Origin: Okamejei kenojei
Taxonomy: Eukaryota
Length of the DNA stretch: 64,000 bases
Assembly (NCBI GenBank): GCA_035221665.1
Contig: CM069162.1
Coordinates: forward strand, 15,748,001 to 15,812,000
Direction: 5' to 3'
A program made the position numbers and the translations under genes. The notes under the pieces were generated by a model. It had not been told where the DNA came from, did not search any database, and saw only the letters and a program-made list of their open reading frames with translations. This document shows positions 1 through 13,070 of the stretch, in pieces (position 1 is the first letter of the stretch; each line of letters begins with the position of its first letter).

Positions 1-309
1 GCTTCGTGATCCCCTCCTATTCTGACATTCTGCAGAATATCCCTGTGATAACTGTGTGCTAACATTAACAGCTAGAGTTTCCATAAATCAGGGAAGGGGA
101 GCTAATCGAACAGCTCTTTCAAAGAACTGCCGCAGATTTCTTGGGCTGTATGATCCATGCTGTATGACCCTATAAGTTCAAATTAATATAACATTTACAT
201 TGGCTTGAGGGAGGTTATTATCATGCCATGCAAATGCTTTTATGAATGTTTTTGGATTCTTGACAAGTACAAAAATAATTTTTCCATTGAACCTCCTCAT
301 TCTCTGCAG

Positions 310-394
310 GTATGATCATTTACAATGGCCAAATAAAAAACACTGGAGCAGATTTCATCTCCTTTTCATTAGTGGGAGGCCGACCTGAATTCAG
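310..394 (+). CDS. HSPG2: Perlecan domain V, LG1 exon (gene begins upstream of window)
   Basis: ctgcag|GT ATG..TTC AG|gtaagg; GMIIYNGQIKNTGADFISFSLVGGRPEFR resembles human GMLLYNGQ..DFISFGLVGGRPEFR. Confidence 0.95.
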
Positions 395-655
395 GTAAGG
401 AACGGACTTTAGGTTAAACCTGGATGCCCTTGAAATATTTTAAAGGTTAAAAACCTTGGGTAAAGTTATGAACAGATTTGTAAGCATTTTGCTTTCAGTC
501 ATATCCCCATTAGTGTCTGCACGCAATTGGTGCCACAACCTGATTGTCCAGAAGCTGCCTACAGGAAGAAGGGTCTCGCCCCGAAACGCCACCCATTCCT
601 TCCCTCCAGTGATGCTGCCAGTCCCGCTGAGTCACTCCAGCTTTTTGTGTCTATA

Positions 656-940
656 ACCAAAGACTTATCCAACCCCGATCATTCCTTTTTCTCCTTGCTT
701 CCATTCGGCAGAAGGCACAGAAAATTGAAAGTGTATCATCAGACTCAGGAACAACTTCTCCTCTGTTACCAGGCTTCTAAATGATCCTTGCACAAGATTC
801 ACCTCTACCCATTGTGGATATTGGACTTTGTCTATGGAACTGATGCGCTAAAATGCTGCGAACTATATTCTGAACTCCATATTTTTCCCTTAGCTCAATC
901 CATCATACTTGAGTTCAATTTAATTGTATTTATCTATAGT
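656..940 (+). mobile_element. Rex1/Babar-like LINE 3' fragment
   Basis: ITKDLSNPDHSFFSLLPFGRRHRKL resembles the Rex-Babar ORF C-terminus (HP..LF..LPSGRRYR). Confidence 0.7.
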
Positions 941-1008
941 AAATCTAATCTGTTTGTACACCTCTTGCTCCCACTCACAGTTTTTTGATATGTGTGCTTC
1001 CTCTGAAG

Positions 1009-1153
1009 GTTTGATGTGGGATCAGGCATGGCCACCATCCGCCACCCAAACCCCATCTCCCTGGGAGAATACCACACTGTGGTGTTGTATCGGAACTTAA
1101 CTCAGGGCTCCCTGTATGTAGACGCCAACCCTCCTGTCAATGGCAGTTCTCAG
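1009..1153 (+). CDS. HSPG2: Perlecan LG1 exon
   Basis: gaag|G TTT..CAG|gtaag; FDVGSGMATIRHPNPISLGEYHTVVLYRNLTQGSLYVDANPPVNGSSQ. Confidence 0.96.
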
Positions 1154-1324
1154 GTAAGAGATAGGGCAATTGTGCGAAGTATCTCAATGTTGACAGAATG
1201 AGTTTTGGTTTGCTGCCCTTTGTAGTTGTTGAGTGGTTTGTTCATCAGGAGTACAAATCGGAATACTAGCATTCTTGAACGTGGACCTTGTGTCTTAAAC
1301 CTTGACTCCAGGAGCGGTTATCTA

Positions 1325-1630
1325 GGCGCAGCACAATGGCGCAGCAGTGGAGTTGCTGCCTTACAGCGCCAGAAACCCAGGTTCGATCCTGACTATGGGC
1401 GCTGCCTGTACAGCGTTTGTTCGTACTTCCTGTGACCGCGTGGGTCTACTCCCAGTGCTCCATTTTTCTCCAACACTCCAAAAGCGCACAATTTTGTAGG
1501 TTTGTTGGCTTTGGTAAAATTGTAAATTGTCCCCAGTGTGTAGGATAGTGTTGGTGTATGGGGTGATCACTAGCCTCGATGGGCCAAAGGTCCTGTTACC
1601 ACAGTGTATCTCTAAAGTTTAAAGTCTAAC
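1325..1630 (+). mobile_element. HE1-type tRNA-derived V-SINE
   Basis: A-box tggcgcagcagtgg, B-box ggttcgatcc, V-domain, CR1-like tail ..tgtatctctaaa. Confidence 0.85.
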
Positions 1631-2073
1631 CTGGCCATTCAGTGGTGGTTGGAGCTGTTTTATTGAAGGTCTTTCTTTCACACAAAGAATCACATCACGT
1701 AAGACCATGAATGCCTCCTCTGGCATGAGTTGATGAATGCCGTTAAGTTCTACTGATATCCAGGCCAACATTCCTTCATTAACCGGCATCATACAGAGCA
1801 GATTATATGATCATTTTCTGTCAAGAATAGATGAACATTTGGAGTAAATGACCTTGGGAGTTACCTTGTGTTGTCTGAGGGCTTATTAAGATGCTATATT
1901 AACATAATATTAGAACTGTACAGCACAGAAGTAGGCCCTTTGGCCCAACATGTCTATGTATACAAGTTGACATACTGGTCTAATCCCACTTGTCTGCAAT
2001 TTTGCCCCAATTATTCAGTCTGTCTTATTCCATTTTTATCCTACTGAAATAATACGTTGCTTTTTGATTGTAG

Positions 2074-2176
2074 GGGAATTACCGGGGCCTGGATTTGAAT
2101 GAAGAGCTGTACATCGGAGGATATCCCAACTTTGCTAACATTTCTAAAGTAACTGGAAGTAACAGTGGGTTTATGG
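2074..2176 (+). CDS. HSPG2: Perlecan LG1 exon
   Basis: tgtag|GGG..ATG G|gtaag; GNYRGLDLNEELYIGGYPNFANISKVTGSNSGFM. Confidence 0.95.
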
Positions 2177-2880
2177 GTAAGCAGGATGTCTGTAAAATGT
2201 TCCACTGAAAATTTGGTCAAAGCATCCCTACAGGCCTGAATAATTAGTATGCTAATATTGCTTGCATGGGCCATGCCTAAGATCGCAGTTCATAAGTGAG
2301 CCACCTCCAGTCCCCATCCAAACCAGCCACATTTTCCAACTACAACCCAAAACATTTGTGTCCAGCAGAAATAACCAACCCAGGCCACCTGGGTTGGTTA
2401 TTTATTTTACTCCTGCAGGCTTTGAACCAGGGCAGATTTTATATAAGGGTCTGTTGGAATTTGCTTCCCCTGTGCACAGCACTCACCTTGGTGTTCCCCA
2501 CACCTATCGCACACTGAGCTCAAATCAGTCTACTTGAATCTGTTGCTATGATTATCTCGAAAGCAATGATCACTCTTTGCTCAGGGATGAGATATCAAGA
2601 AATGATGTTTGGAATTGTTTTGTGTCCTTTCTCTTGATGTGGTCTGGTTCAATGCGAGCTCACAAGACTGACCACCCTGTATCAGCTCAACTGTCTCTAA
2701 GGGTTTGCCGTTACATTTCTGAAGGCATGCCATTATGCAGTACTCCCGAGGGAAGGCTATTATCGCAGCCATAGTTATTTGAATCCCCATATGCACACCT
2801 GTTTGCAGTAAGAAATATCTTGTCACGGACTGTACATAGCGTGGGACTGTGACAGTAAATACACTGTACTGAAAAGCAAA

Positions 2881-3199
2881 GGCAGCATGGTGGCACAGTG
2901 GTAGAGCAGCGGTAGAGTTGCTGCCTTACAACGCTTGCATCTCCGGAGACCAGGGCTTGATCCCAACTACGGGTGCTGTCCGTACGGAGTTTGTACATTC
3001 TCCCGTGACCTGTGTGGGCTTTCTCCGAGATCTTCGGTTTCCTCCCACACTCCAAAGACGTACAGGTTTGTAGGTTAATTGGCTTGTTATAAGTGTCCCT
3101 AGTATGTGTATAGTGTTAATGGGCGGGGATCGCTGGTCGGCACAGACTCAGTGGGCCGCAGGGCCTGTTTCCATGCTGTATCTATAAACTAGACTAAAC
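2881..3199 (+). mobile_element. HE1-type V-SINE
   Basis: Same head, V-domain (gtacggagtttgtacattctccc..cggtttcctcccacactccaaagac) and tail. Confidence 0.85.
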
Positions 3200-3656
3200 A
3201 TAAATTATTTTTAATCACAATCATGCAATAACCAGGTCTTATAGCCATAGCAAACCAGAAATTGAATTCTGACTGGTTTGGGCTCACAGATTTACCTTAA
3301 AATGTTCAGTAATTATTCAATCCTAAAAATATCAACAAACCACCTTCACCATTTCCAGAATTAGTTATTTCTCTGAATGGCGCTAATAACTACCTGCAAA
3401 TTAATTGGTCACAGCAGGACATTAATTATGTTATGACCATGTTGATAACTCTCGTAGTTGATTGAGAGCTGTGGGAGTTGATGTAATGGAAAATGTATTT
3501 TTCATCTCCAATGTGTAAAACAAATATCCTTGCCAAATATGTAAATAGCACAATGATCAAGATGGAATGTATTGACTCACCCTGTGTCTGACTATGTTGT
3601 ATCTGCCAACGTATGTGTATTGACTCATGTATGGACTCACTCTGTTCTTTGACCAG

Positions 3657-3766
3657 GCTGTATCCGCCAACTCATCATTCAAGGCGATGAGGTGATCTTC
3701 TCAGCTCCAGACCTGAAAGCCAAGGGAATATCCAACTGCCCAGTCTGCAAAGATAATCCTTGCAAG
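3657..3766 (+). CDS. HSPG2: Perlecan LG1 end / EGF1 start exon
   Basis: accag|GC TGT..AAG|gtgcgg; GCIRQLIIQGDEVIFSAPDLKAKGISNCPVCKDNPCK. Confidence 0.95.
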
Positions 3767-4949
3767 GTGCGGGCTGTTTACCTCAGAGTTCATTTGTCAA
3801 TTTTACAGTTACTCTCAAGGGACTTTGGAACTTTCACTTTTTAAAGACCCCAAAATTTTAAAGACCCGAGTGATGGTAGCCAGTATGGTGCTGGGGAATC
3901 CCAGTGAGACTGTGCTCCACCATTGGTCTCCACATGGAGTCCAGCAACCGTATCACGATAGAGTGACACAACCTGTCCCTAAGGAGTTTTGAGCTCTAGT
4001 GTCTGGTAATTTTAATTGAAAGAACTGCCCCATTAACTGTCTATAACACTAACTTTGGGACCCTCCTTTGAGAGTATCTCAGTTATATGGTGGAAAATGC
4101 AGTGAATCTAAATATAAGATATTTGCTTATTGTCTTCACCCAATATTTTCTAATATTCAGCCTCTGATCGACCAATTTTTGCTTCCACTCCTACATTAAT
4201 ATAATCCATTTTTATTTATTTCAAGTTTACTCTAATACTTATCATCTTACTTTTTGCTTGTCCTTTGCTGGTTTCTAAAACTGTTCTATAATTCAGGCTT
4301 CCTTAAAACCATAAGGCATAGGAGCAAATTAGGCCATTCGGCCCATCAAATCTGCTCTGCCATTCAATCATGGCTGATCTATTTTTCCCTCTCAACCCCA
4401 TTCTTGCTCTTCTAAGCTCTTCTGTCAGTTCATGGAGTCTTCATTAATTCGTTATGGATTAATGAATCAATTTCCTCATTGAGGTTTTATTTCTCAATAA
4501 GTTGTATAGTTATCGAGAATCCTAAAAAATCTAAAACCTAAAATTTTCCTTATATATTTGCCTTTGTTTATCTATGATCACAGCTTTTGAACCACTTCTT
4601 CCAACCTGGCCCATAGGACTATCCAATGGGTTTATCCAAATTCAAAACTCTGTTTCAGTATTTCAGTGTACCACTCTTGTGCTCATCATTAAATTCTAAC
4701 ATTCTATGAACAGTGATCTCATTACAATCACTTACTACAAGATTGCTGATTAGCAATGCCTCATTTCACAAAATAAGATTGAAAATCATCTTTTTCTGAG
4801 TTATTTGCATTTTGCATTGCCCAAAGAACATATTCTTAACTATCCCTAATGTGCTCTATTAACAACTTCTCAACCACTTTTGGTAATTTGATTTGTCCAT
4901 TGCCTGAGGATTAAAGATTCCTATGATTATTATACTCATCTTTGTAATG

Positions 4950-5120
4950 CTTTCAAGAGAGAGCTAAATAGGGCTCTTAAAAATAGCGGAGTCAGGGGAT
5001 ATGGGGAGAAGGCAGGAACGGGGTAATGATTGGGGATGATTCAGCCATGATCACATTGAATGGCGGTGCTGGCTCGAAGGGCCAAAATGGCCTACTCCTG
5101 CACCTATTGTCTATTGTCTA
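4950..5120 (+). mobile_element. CR1/HER1 LINE 3' tail
   Basis: ggatatggggagaaggcagg..gccatgatcacattgaatggcgg..cctactcctgcacc ending in (ctattgt)n. Confidence 0.8.
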
Positions 5121-5269
5121 TAATGCGTTTATCTTAGTTCTTGACCAATCATTTGTCTAACAGTACAGCTACTATACGGGGAGGTGCTGAGAAAACATAT
5201 TCCTGCTAGTGTGTTATTGAATCTCATGATCTCCTATTTCCATCAATAATATGATGTGAAGGAAATCAT

Positions 5270-6370
5270 GTCTCACCATTCTGATAGTTTTTTGAAGGGA
5301 TCACCAAGAGGAATGATGATGGCAGGAAAGCGAACATTATCCATGTGGACTTTAGCAAAGCCTTTGACAAGGTTCCACATGGTAGGCTAGCATGAAAGAT
5401 GAGATTGCATGGAATCCAAGGTGAGCTAGGCAATAGGATTAAAAGTTATTGGAGAAAGGAGTCAAAGGGCAGTTGTGGAGGGTTGTTTTCCTGATTGGGA
5501 CCTGTGACCACTAGTGTGCAATCAGGGTTAGTGCTGGGACCACTGTTGTTTGTTATCTACATTAATGATTTGGATAACAATATAGTTACCATTGATTGTA
5601 AATTTGCAAATTACACCCAACTTGAAGGTATAGTGGAGAGTGAGGAAAGATATCTAAGTTTTCAATGAGATCTAGATCAGTTGGGAAGGTGGGCCAAGAA
5701 ATGGCAAATGGAATTTAACTCTGATTAGTGTGAGGTGACACACCTCTGATACGTTCATATACTTCTCTTAAGTCTCCCTTCAGCCCCTGGCAATGCAGAG
5801 AAAGCAATCCCAGTTTGTCCAACCTCTCCATATAGCTAATACCCTCTAATCAAGGCAGCATTCTGGAAAACCTCTTCTGCACCCCCTCCAAAGTTTCCAC
5901 ATCCTTTCCATAATGGGACATCCAGAACTGCACATAATACTTCAAACAGAGCCTAACTAACATTTTATAAAGCTGCAACATGACTTCTTTGAACTTATGA
6001 TCCCAAGATATGATTCCTGAGAATGATCCCAGGAATGAGTAGATTAACATATGATGTGCATTTGACGGCACTGGGCCTATAATAGTGAAAGGCTTGGATT
6101 GAGTGGACGTGAAGAGGATGTTTCCACTAGTGATAGAGTCTAGGACTAGAGGTCATAGCCCCAAAATTAAAGGACATTATTTTAGGAAGAAGATGAGGAG
6201 GAATGAGGGTGCTGAGTCAGTGGATATATTTAAGGCAAATATAGATACATTCTTGATTAGTACAGCTGTCAGAGGTTATGGGGAAAAGACAGGAGAATGG
6301 GGCTAGGAGGGAGAGATAGAATGACGGAGTAGACTTGAATGGCCTAATTCTGCTCCTGTCACTTATGATG
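5270..6370. mobile_element. CR1-type LINE fragments (plus 5270-5740, minus 5745-5995, plus 6015-6370)
   Basis: Degenerate RT motifs DFSKAFDKVPH and W..KWQMEFN; minus ORF VQFW..GKDVETLEGVQKRFSRMLP. Confidence 0.85.
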
Positions 6371-6853
6371 AAGGCAAACATGCCATACCCCTACTTTAAC
6401 ACACAACTATTTGTGTTGCCATTTTCGGGGTGCAATGGACTCATAGATCTCACTGCACATTGGTGCTACTAGGAGTCTCGTCATTAACTGTTTAGAGGGA
6501 TATTGGGCAAATACAGGCAAATGGAACTAGACCAGAATGCCTACGTCGTAGGCATAGACAAGGTTGGTGGGGCCTGATAGGTCCTCATCAGAATCAGTTC
6601 TCATTACTTCCTTTATTATCAAGGATGTCTCCCTCACCAATTCTTCCCTTTTCTTCATCCTTTTCTAAAGGTCACGTTCTGTAGATTATTTCAATCCCAA
6701 TTCTGAAATGCCATTTAGAAATACATGTACACCAACTGTGTCATTATTTAGTTGTTACATTAACCTCTACTGAATTAAAGTCTACCAATAACATTCTTAT
6801 AATTAACTAATGATTGTGCCAAAATACTCATTCATTGCTGCTTTCTCTTTCAG

Positions 6854-6962
6854 AATGGAGGTCAATGTTCGGACTCTAAGACCAGCAGCTATGTGTGTCG
6901 GTGCAGGTCAGGGTTTACTGGCAGCAACTGTGAACATTCACAGGCATGGCACTGTCACCCAG
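6854..6962 (+). CDS. HSPG2: Perlecan EGF1 exon
   Basis: ttcag|AAT..CCA G|gtaaat; NGGQCSDSKTSSYVCRCRSGFTGSNCEHSQAWHCHP. Confidence 0.96.
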
Positions 6963-7169
6963 GTAAATGCGAGTTTGGAAGCACTGGAGAAAAGATATGG
7001 AAATTACTCCTCTGTATCGTTGGGCTTGGGATGTCAGAAGGGGAATCCTTTTACTGACCCTGGATATTCCATTTGTCCCAAACCAAGTTCCATTGACAAA
7101 TTGGACAAAGATTGCCCACAGTGACAGTGACCACCACTGGATGGCGATGTGGTGCTATTCAACTTCTCA

Positions 7170-7915
7170 TGTGTCAGTTCAACACAAAGGACACACATTT
7201 TGGTGTTCCCGATGTGGCCTCCTTTAGATCAGCGAGACCATGCATCGACTAAACACTTGCACTCTGTCCGCAAAAGCTTGGCAGATCTCCGGCTTGCTGG
7301 CCATCTTAACTCCCCTTCACTTTCCCTTTGCCAGTGAAACCACACTTAATCTGGAGGAGCAGCACCTCATATTCCACTTGTGTAGTGTACAACCCAACGG
7401 TATGAACATTGATTACTCTTACTTCAAATCATGCCCTCCTACCCCACTTCCTTTTCCGTGCCTCTCACTCCCACCCCAGTGCGCTACACATCTCCCACCA
7501 TCTCCCACACACCCACCCAGTCACCATGCTTCTTTCCTCTCCTTTGTACACTCATCTCTCCTCCCTCAGTCCCTCATTTCCTTTTTATCCGCCCCTTTTT
7601 TCCCCGGTTCCCCCATCCTTCTACCCACATTCCTCCAGCTTTACATTTTTCCCCTCCACTCTGCTCCTAATCTGACACCCTTTGTCGCCTTTTCACCTCT
7701 TACCAATGTCACTTATTCCACCCATCTGCCAATTGAACCTCCCTCACCTGTATCCATCTATCACTTGCTGGGCTTAGTCCTGCTCTATCGATCTGAAGAA
7801 GGGTTGCGAATCAAAACATCTGTCTTTTCCCTCTGCAGTTACTGCCTGACTCATTGAGTTCTTGTACCTCTTTTGTGCTTTGATCAGATTCCAGCATCTG
7901 TATTCCCTTGTGTCT
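7170..7915 (+). mobile_element. Penelope-like element 3' fragment (end of GIY-YIG ORF plus pyrimidine-rich UTR/pLTR)
   Basis: LEEQHLIFHLCSVQPNGMNIDYS resembles the PLE C-terminus; followed by the ctgaagaaggg..catct terminal motif. Confidence 0.75.
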
Positions 7916-8641
7916 ACAATGGACACCCTCCCATGTCTAAAGCATTTGTGGTTTCAAGTATCACGACTGCACCTGAACACAATCTGAGGGTGTGGTGTTT
8001 CTTCAGAAATGCTGCTTTACAGTATATCGAAACCTATTTAGGTTCCATATCATGAGTAGGAGAGTTCTGATTAACAACTCATTGGTCTCTTTGCTGTCTA
8101 TTGACCCTCACAGTGCAGAGCTTGGACTGTTGTCATAACAACTGTAACAACACTTCAAAATAATTGTGAAGTGGTTTGCAACACCCTAAGGATGTCAGAA
8201 AGAAGCATGTTTATAATGAAAGTTGTTTTTAATATATTCCCCTTCATAACAGCAATTCCTTAGATCAGGCCAGTTTTCCGTCATCAGTGAGACCAGTAAA
8301 ACCACATGGATGAAATTTAAGAAAATTATTAGATCTTAAAAACATAGTGAGATTTTGCAAGATTTCCTTTGCTAAGATGATTGGGTCAGGCATATAATGA
8401 TAACTGATCCTCTATGCTGTTGCTGGAGTGGTAGAGACAAAGTTATCTTCTCCATGAAGGAAGCCATTACGTCTTTATAAGTTAATAAGTTCTGGGAGCA
8501 GAATTAGGCCATTCGGCCCATCGTCTACTCTGCCATCCAACCATGGCTGATCTGTGTTAGAAGGTGCTGCACAAGGCAGACAAAGTATAGGGAGACAAGG
8601 TAGAGAACTACAAGCAATTCATCTGCCTTGCCGTATAACTT

Positions 8642-8953
8642 AGGGTGGCACGGTGGTGCTGCGGTAGAGTTGCTGCCTCACAAGGCCAGAGACCCGGGTT
8701 CGATCCTAACTGCAGTGGCTGTATGTACGGAGTTTGTACATTCTCCCTGTGACCGGGTGGGTTTTCCGTAGGTGCTCCGCTTTCCTCCCACATTCCAAGA
8801 AGTACAGGTTTGTGGGTCAATTGTCTTCTGTAAAAACAAATGGCCAAATTGTCCCCAGTGTGTCGGATAGTGCTGGTGTACGGGGATCGCTGGTCGGCGT
8901 GGACTTGGTGGGCCAAAGGGACCTGTTTCGACGCTGTATCTCTAAACTAAACT
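8642..8953 (+). mobile_element. HE1-type V-SINE
   Basis: Full head, V-domain and tail ending (ctaaa)n. Confidence 0.88.
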
Positions 8954-9236
8954 ATAGCTCTACTGTGGTCTAGAGTGGGGTACTGGCATAAAAGTGAGGG
9001 AAGGAGTTGTACGGTGTTAAAGAAAGTGAACATGTAAGAAATGTTCACGGTAGAGCAGTGACATCTGATTGCTGAACTGAAGGCCGCTTTAAAGAGCTCA
9101 TGACAATCTCTTATGATCAAACTCATCTAAGTTGTTCCACTGTGATATGGAAAGAGCTGAAGATGAGCTGGGAAGGAGGTGGGCCTAATAGAACTGATTA
9201 ACGCAGTTGATGACGTTTGCGGTTTTGGGTCCACAG

Positions 9237-9335
9237 AGGCTTGTGGGCCAGATGCAACGTGTGTGAACATACCGGACAGTCGTGGTTATAAATGCCGCTG
9301 CCATCTCGGAAAAAGTGGCCCAAAGTGTATGGATG
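9237..9335 (+). CDS. HSPG2: Perlecan EGF2 exon
   Basis: cacag|AG GCT..GAT G|gtgag; EACGPDATCVNIPDSRGYKCRCHLGKSGPKCMD. Confidence 0.96.
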
Positions 9336-9996
9336 GTGAGTCTCGCTCTTTAGTTCCTGATGTCTCACACTCAACATTTAGTTTTGACAGTTTGCAATTA
9401 TTCCAATTATCACTAAGCTGTGTCACATTTATATTCCTGTTGTGGTGCATTGGGAATAGGAAACTTCAACCATTGTCAAGTTTACCAAAAAAACCCATGT
9501 TCTCTTTGTGTGGGTTCAAGAATTCAAATAACATGCTTTAAGGTCAACAAGCTTCATATTTCCTGGCAACGTCCGTTCTGAACTTCTGAGAAATCAGGAT
9601 TTTGAGGACAGCTTGCATAAGCAATAAAAATTAAAACAGAAAACACTGGAAATATTCAACAGGTCAGGAAGCATCTGTGATGGGAGAAATAGAGTTCAGG
9701 TTTCAGAACTGTTCTTAATGAAAGTCATCAAACTGACTCATTCCTTCCGTTTCTCACTTCACATATGCTGACTGGCCGGCTGAATTTTACAAAACTTTCT
9801 GTTTTCAGATGTTTCCTGAATCTGAGGTTTGCTGTGAAAAGGTCAACATAGATCAGGCTGGGCTGTGTCACTTCACCATTGTTTAGAGATCAGACAACCC
9901 GAATATATCCATAAGCCTGCTTCACTCTCCTTTCTTTAATGAACACTTTGCAGGTTGCAGATTTGTAAAGTATCCTCGTCTTCTGTCTCCTCGCAG

Positions 9997-10218
9997 GTGT
10001 CTTGATTACAGCTCCTTCCTTCAGGGGAGGTGACTCCTTCGTGACATATCCACCACTGACGAACGTCCACAATGAGTTGACAATTGAGCTGGAATTCAAA
10101 CCTCGCGCACCCACCGGCCTCATGTTCTACAGCAGTGGCAAGAGAATGAAAATGAATGACTTCATCTCAGTCGCCATGCTCAATGGGCACGTGGAATTCC
10201 GCTACGAACTGGGATCAG
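9997..10218 (+). CDS. HSPG2: Perlecan LG2 exon
   Basis: cgcag|GT GTC..TCA G|gttggt; GVLITAPSFRGGDSFVTYPPLTNVHNELTIELEFKP..HVEFRYELGS. Confidence 0.96.
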
Positions 10219-11522
10219 GTTGGTGGACCTTGGAGTTGAGTTGAGTCTATTGTCACTTGTGCCGAGGTACATTGAAAAACTTTTATTGCCTGCTAACCAG
10301 TCAGTGGAAAGACAATGCATGATGATTACAATCGAGCCATCCACAGTGTACAGAAGTAGAGACTTAATAGAGTAGAGCGATTGTAATACGTGATTGTGAA
10401 TCTACGTCTGTGACTTGCACACAAAGGGTTGCCTGGTGTGGGCGCCATCTTGCGAACAGCTTAATCTGCTTTAAACGTTTCTCCTGGTGATGTGGCACTT
10501 GTGCGCAGGGTCCGGCAGTTTTTTTGGTACTGAGTAATGCTGTTCAGTTCCTGTGTTTGACCTTTCTTCCCAGTCCCATTTGATTGCAAAAAGAGGTGAT
10601 GACGGGATAGCAAATGGGACTTGCTGGGTGGGAGGGCAATAGAAAATTGTGGGACTTCTATTCATCGACAGGATGTTAACCTGCAATGAAAATCAGCTTC
10701 CCATTGCAAAAGCTGTCTGATATTATTAATGGGAATGGAAGTTTCTTCTGTGAGAGGTAGGACAATACCCATTGGCAAATTGCCACCCTGATGGTTAAAA
10801 GGAAACCTGCCACCACAAAGGATGAAGTTCTTGTTTTGGGCGAGGACAGCAAGATGGGCTGTCCCCTGTATTTCGGAGTGACACTGGCTATTAATCCAAT
10901 ATTTGCTCATTTTCACACCATCCCAAATTGCAGTACTGGCAGTTGGCTAGATAAGATTCCATCTATGGTAAGATTCCAAACCACCCTTTCAGCAGAGAAG
11001 TTGGGCAATGATCCCTACTCAACTGGTCGGCATTGCAATTCCTAGAATAACTCATTGCGTCTAAAAGGAGATCAGGAATCACTTACTTGCAACGTGGAGC
11101 CACATTAGTCCCTTTGGAGTGCTCTAAAGCTACCTGGCCCCTCCCATTATGGAAGATCATCCATTGGTATGTTGGTGTTTCTCTGGCTTCCACCAGCGTT
11201 GCACATGGAGCCCCCTCAATGTGTGCACGCGGACTTGCTCCACCCGCCTGTCCGGTGGATGAACAACACCCCTGCCCCGTGTGCTAAGGTTCAGCTGCGC
11301 CGGACAGCCGAGGGTGGGACTAGATGCCAGTGCAACAAAGCTGTCTGTTGGTGCTGGGAGGGTTTCATTGGACAGCCCATCTCCCGTCAAAGAGGGGGGA
11401 AAACCCCAGGCATCCTTAAAGCAAAAGTGACACAGCCTCCCACTCATCCCCTACTCTGCTCCCTTCAATGCCATCGTGTCTTAGCTGTGAACACCAGTCC
11501 CAGGCCTGTGAGCTCCTGTGTT

Positions 11523-11851
11523 GAATGAAGCAACTGCAGATGTTGGTTGGCACTAAAGGACACAAAATGCTGAAGAAACTCAGTGGGTCAGGCAGCATTT
11601 CTGGAGAACATGGATAGGTGATGTTTTGGGTCGGGACCCTTCTTCAGATATAAATGTTGGAAACGGAAGAAGGGGTTATCAGAGGCAGGGACTCCTTCCA
11701 GAGGCGGTGATGGAAGAAGACCCCTACATCATGAGGGCCCTGAAACATGTTGAGATGTGGTATAAGGTCCAGACCCGAAACATCACCTATCCATGTGCTC
11801 CAGAGATGTGCTGCCTGTCCCTCTGAGTCACTCCAGCACTTTGTGTCCTTT
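11523..11851. mobile_element. Penelope-derived inverted-repeat element with captured spacer
   Basis: Inverted arms; 16-bp TSD tgtgagctcctgtgtt at 11507-11522 and 11852-11867. Confidence 0.8.
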
Positions 11852-11989
11852 TGTGAGCTCCTGTGTTTTGGAATAAAAGAGTCTTTGTGGATCGCACCTC
11901 ATTCTTGGGGAGGTTCCTCTCTTTGATTTTGGTGCAGGTCCTGTTTCCTTCACTTATGAAAACCTTGCCCCTGTTTGGGTTTTTTACAG

Positions 11990-12234
11990 GACTAGCTATT
12001 CTGAGGAGCGCCAAAACAGTGGCTCTCAACAAGTGGCACAAGTTGAGAGCACATCGACATGACCGGGCTGGATCACTGACTGTTGACAATGAGGAGGAGA
12101 TCCGAAATGTCTCTCCGGGAAAAAGCCTGGGCCTTAACCTGCGAAGCCCTATGTATCTTGGTGGCGTGGCAAGATCGGAAGTTCTTCCCAAGGCAATCAA
12201 CATTACTGAGGGGATTGATGGCTGTATTGCTAAG
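11990..12234 (+). CDS. HSPG2: Perlecan LG2 exon
   Basis: tacag|GA CTA..AAG|gtgtgt; GLAILRSAKTVALNKWH..SPGKSLGLNLRSPMYLGGV..GCIAK. Confidence 0.96.
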
Positions 12235-12472
12235 GTGTGTCTCTATAGCAAGAACATGGCAACACTGCCTGTACACATGTTTACACCTATTTATAAAATG
12301 TCCTCCCTTTGCCTCTTGATTCTTAGCACCTATTCATCAGCCAAAGACGAAAGAGCTTGCTCTCCATGTTAGGCTTTCCTTTCTCATGCACATAGCATGT
12401 AAGTCAGTGAGGGAAACCTGTGTTGATCAATCCCTCCCATCTCTCTCCTTCCCTCCAGCGAAAAATGTCAGA

Positions 12473-12768
12473 GGGCGGCACAGCGTCACAGTGTTAGAGC
12501 TGTTGCCTTACAATGCCAGAGATCCAGGTTCGATCCTGACTACAGGTGCTGTCTGTACAGGGTTTGTACATTCTCCCAGTGACTGCGTGGGTTTTCTCCG
12601 GTTGCTCCGGTTTCCCCCCACTCTCCAAAGACAGGTTTGTAAGTGAATTGGCGTCTGTAAATTGTCCCCAGTGCGCAGGATTGAACTCGTGTACGGGTGA
12701 TCGCTGATCAGCATGGACTCGGAGGGCCGAAGGGTCCGTTTCCACGCTGTATCTCTAATACTAAACCT
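12473..12768 (+). mobile_element. HE1-type V-SINE
   Basis: B-box ggttcgatcc, V-domain and tail. Confidence 0.85.
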
Positions 12769-13010
12769 AGAACTCACCCCATGTCAGAAGAGCACCTCTC
12801 TCTTTAACACATTCCCAGTTAAGCGCCTTGTTTCTCTCCTCCCTTCCCAGGAAAATTCCATGTCCTTCCCCAGTGCAGTATAATACCCTGACCCTCCTCC
12901 ACCCCTCATGAAATACCCCTCCTCCGACCCTTCCCGGCCACCTCACCATTATCGTGGCCCAGAGCAGAAACTCCTCTCGTCCCTCTGGCACTTCACATTT
13001 GTTCGTCTCT

Positions 13011-13070
13011 TTTCTGCGCTATTTAAATGGTCAGTTATTTTTTCTGCGCTATTTAAATGGTCAGTTATTT
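13011..13070 (+). repeat. Perfect 30-bp tandem duplication
   Basis: tttctgcgctatttaaatggtcagttattt x2. Confidence 0.95.

Noticed and set aside
7240-7857. Longest ORF in the track (205 aa)
   Set aside because: Short Penelope ORF remnant running into pyrimidine-rich low-complexity UTR; not a host gene.
8642-8715. tRNA-like A/B boxes (also at 1325, 2881, 12473 and 21750)
   Set aside because: These are SINE heads continuing into the V-domain; no complete cloverleaf.
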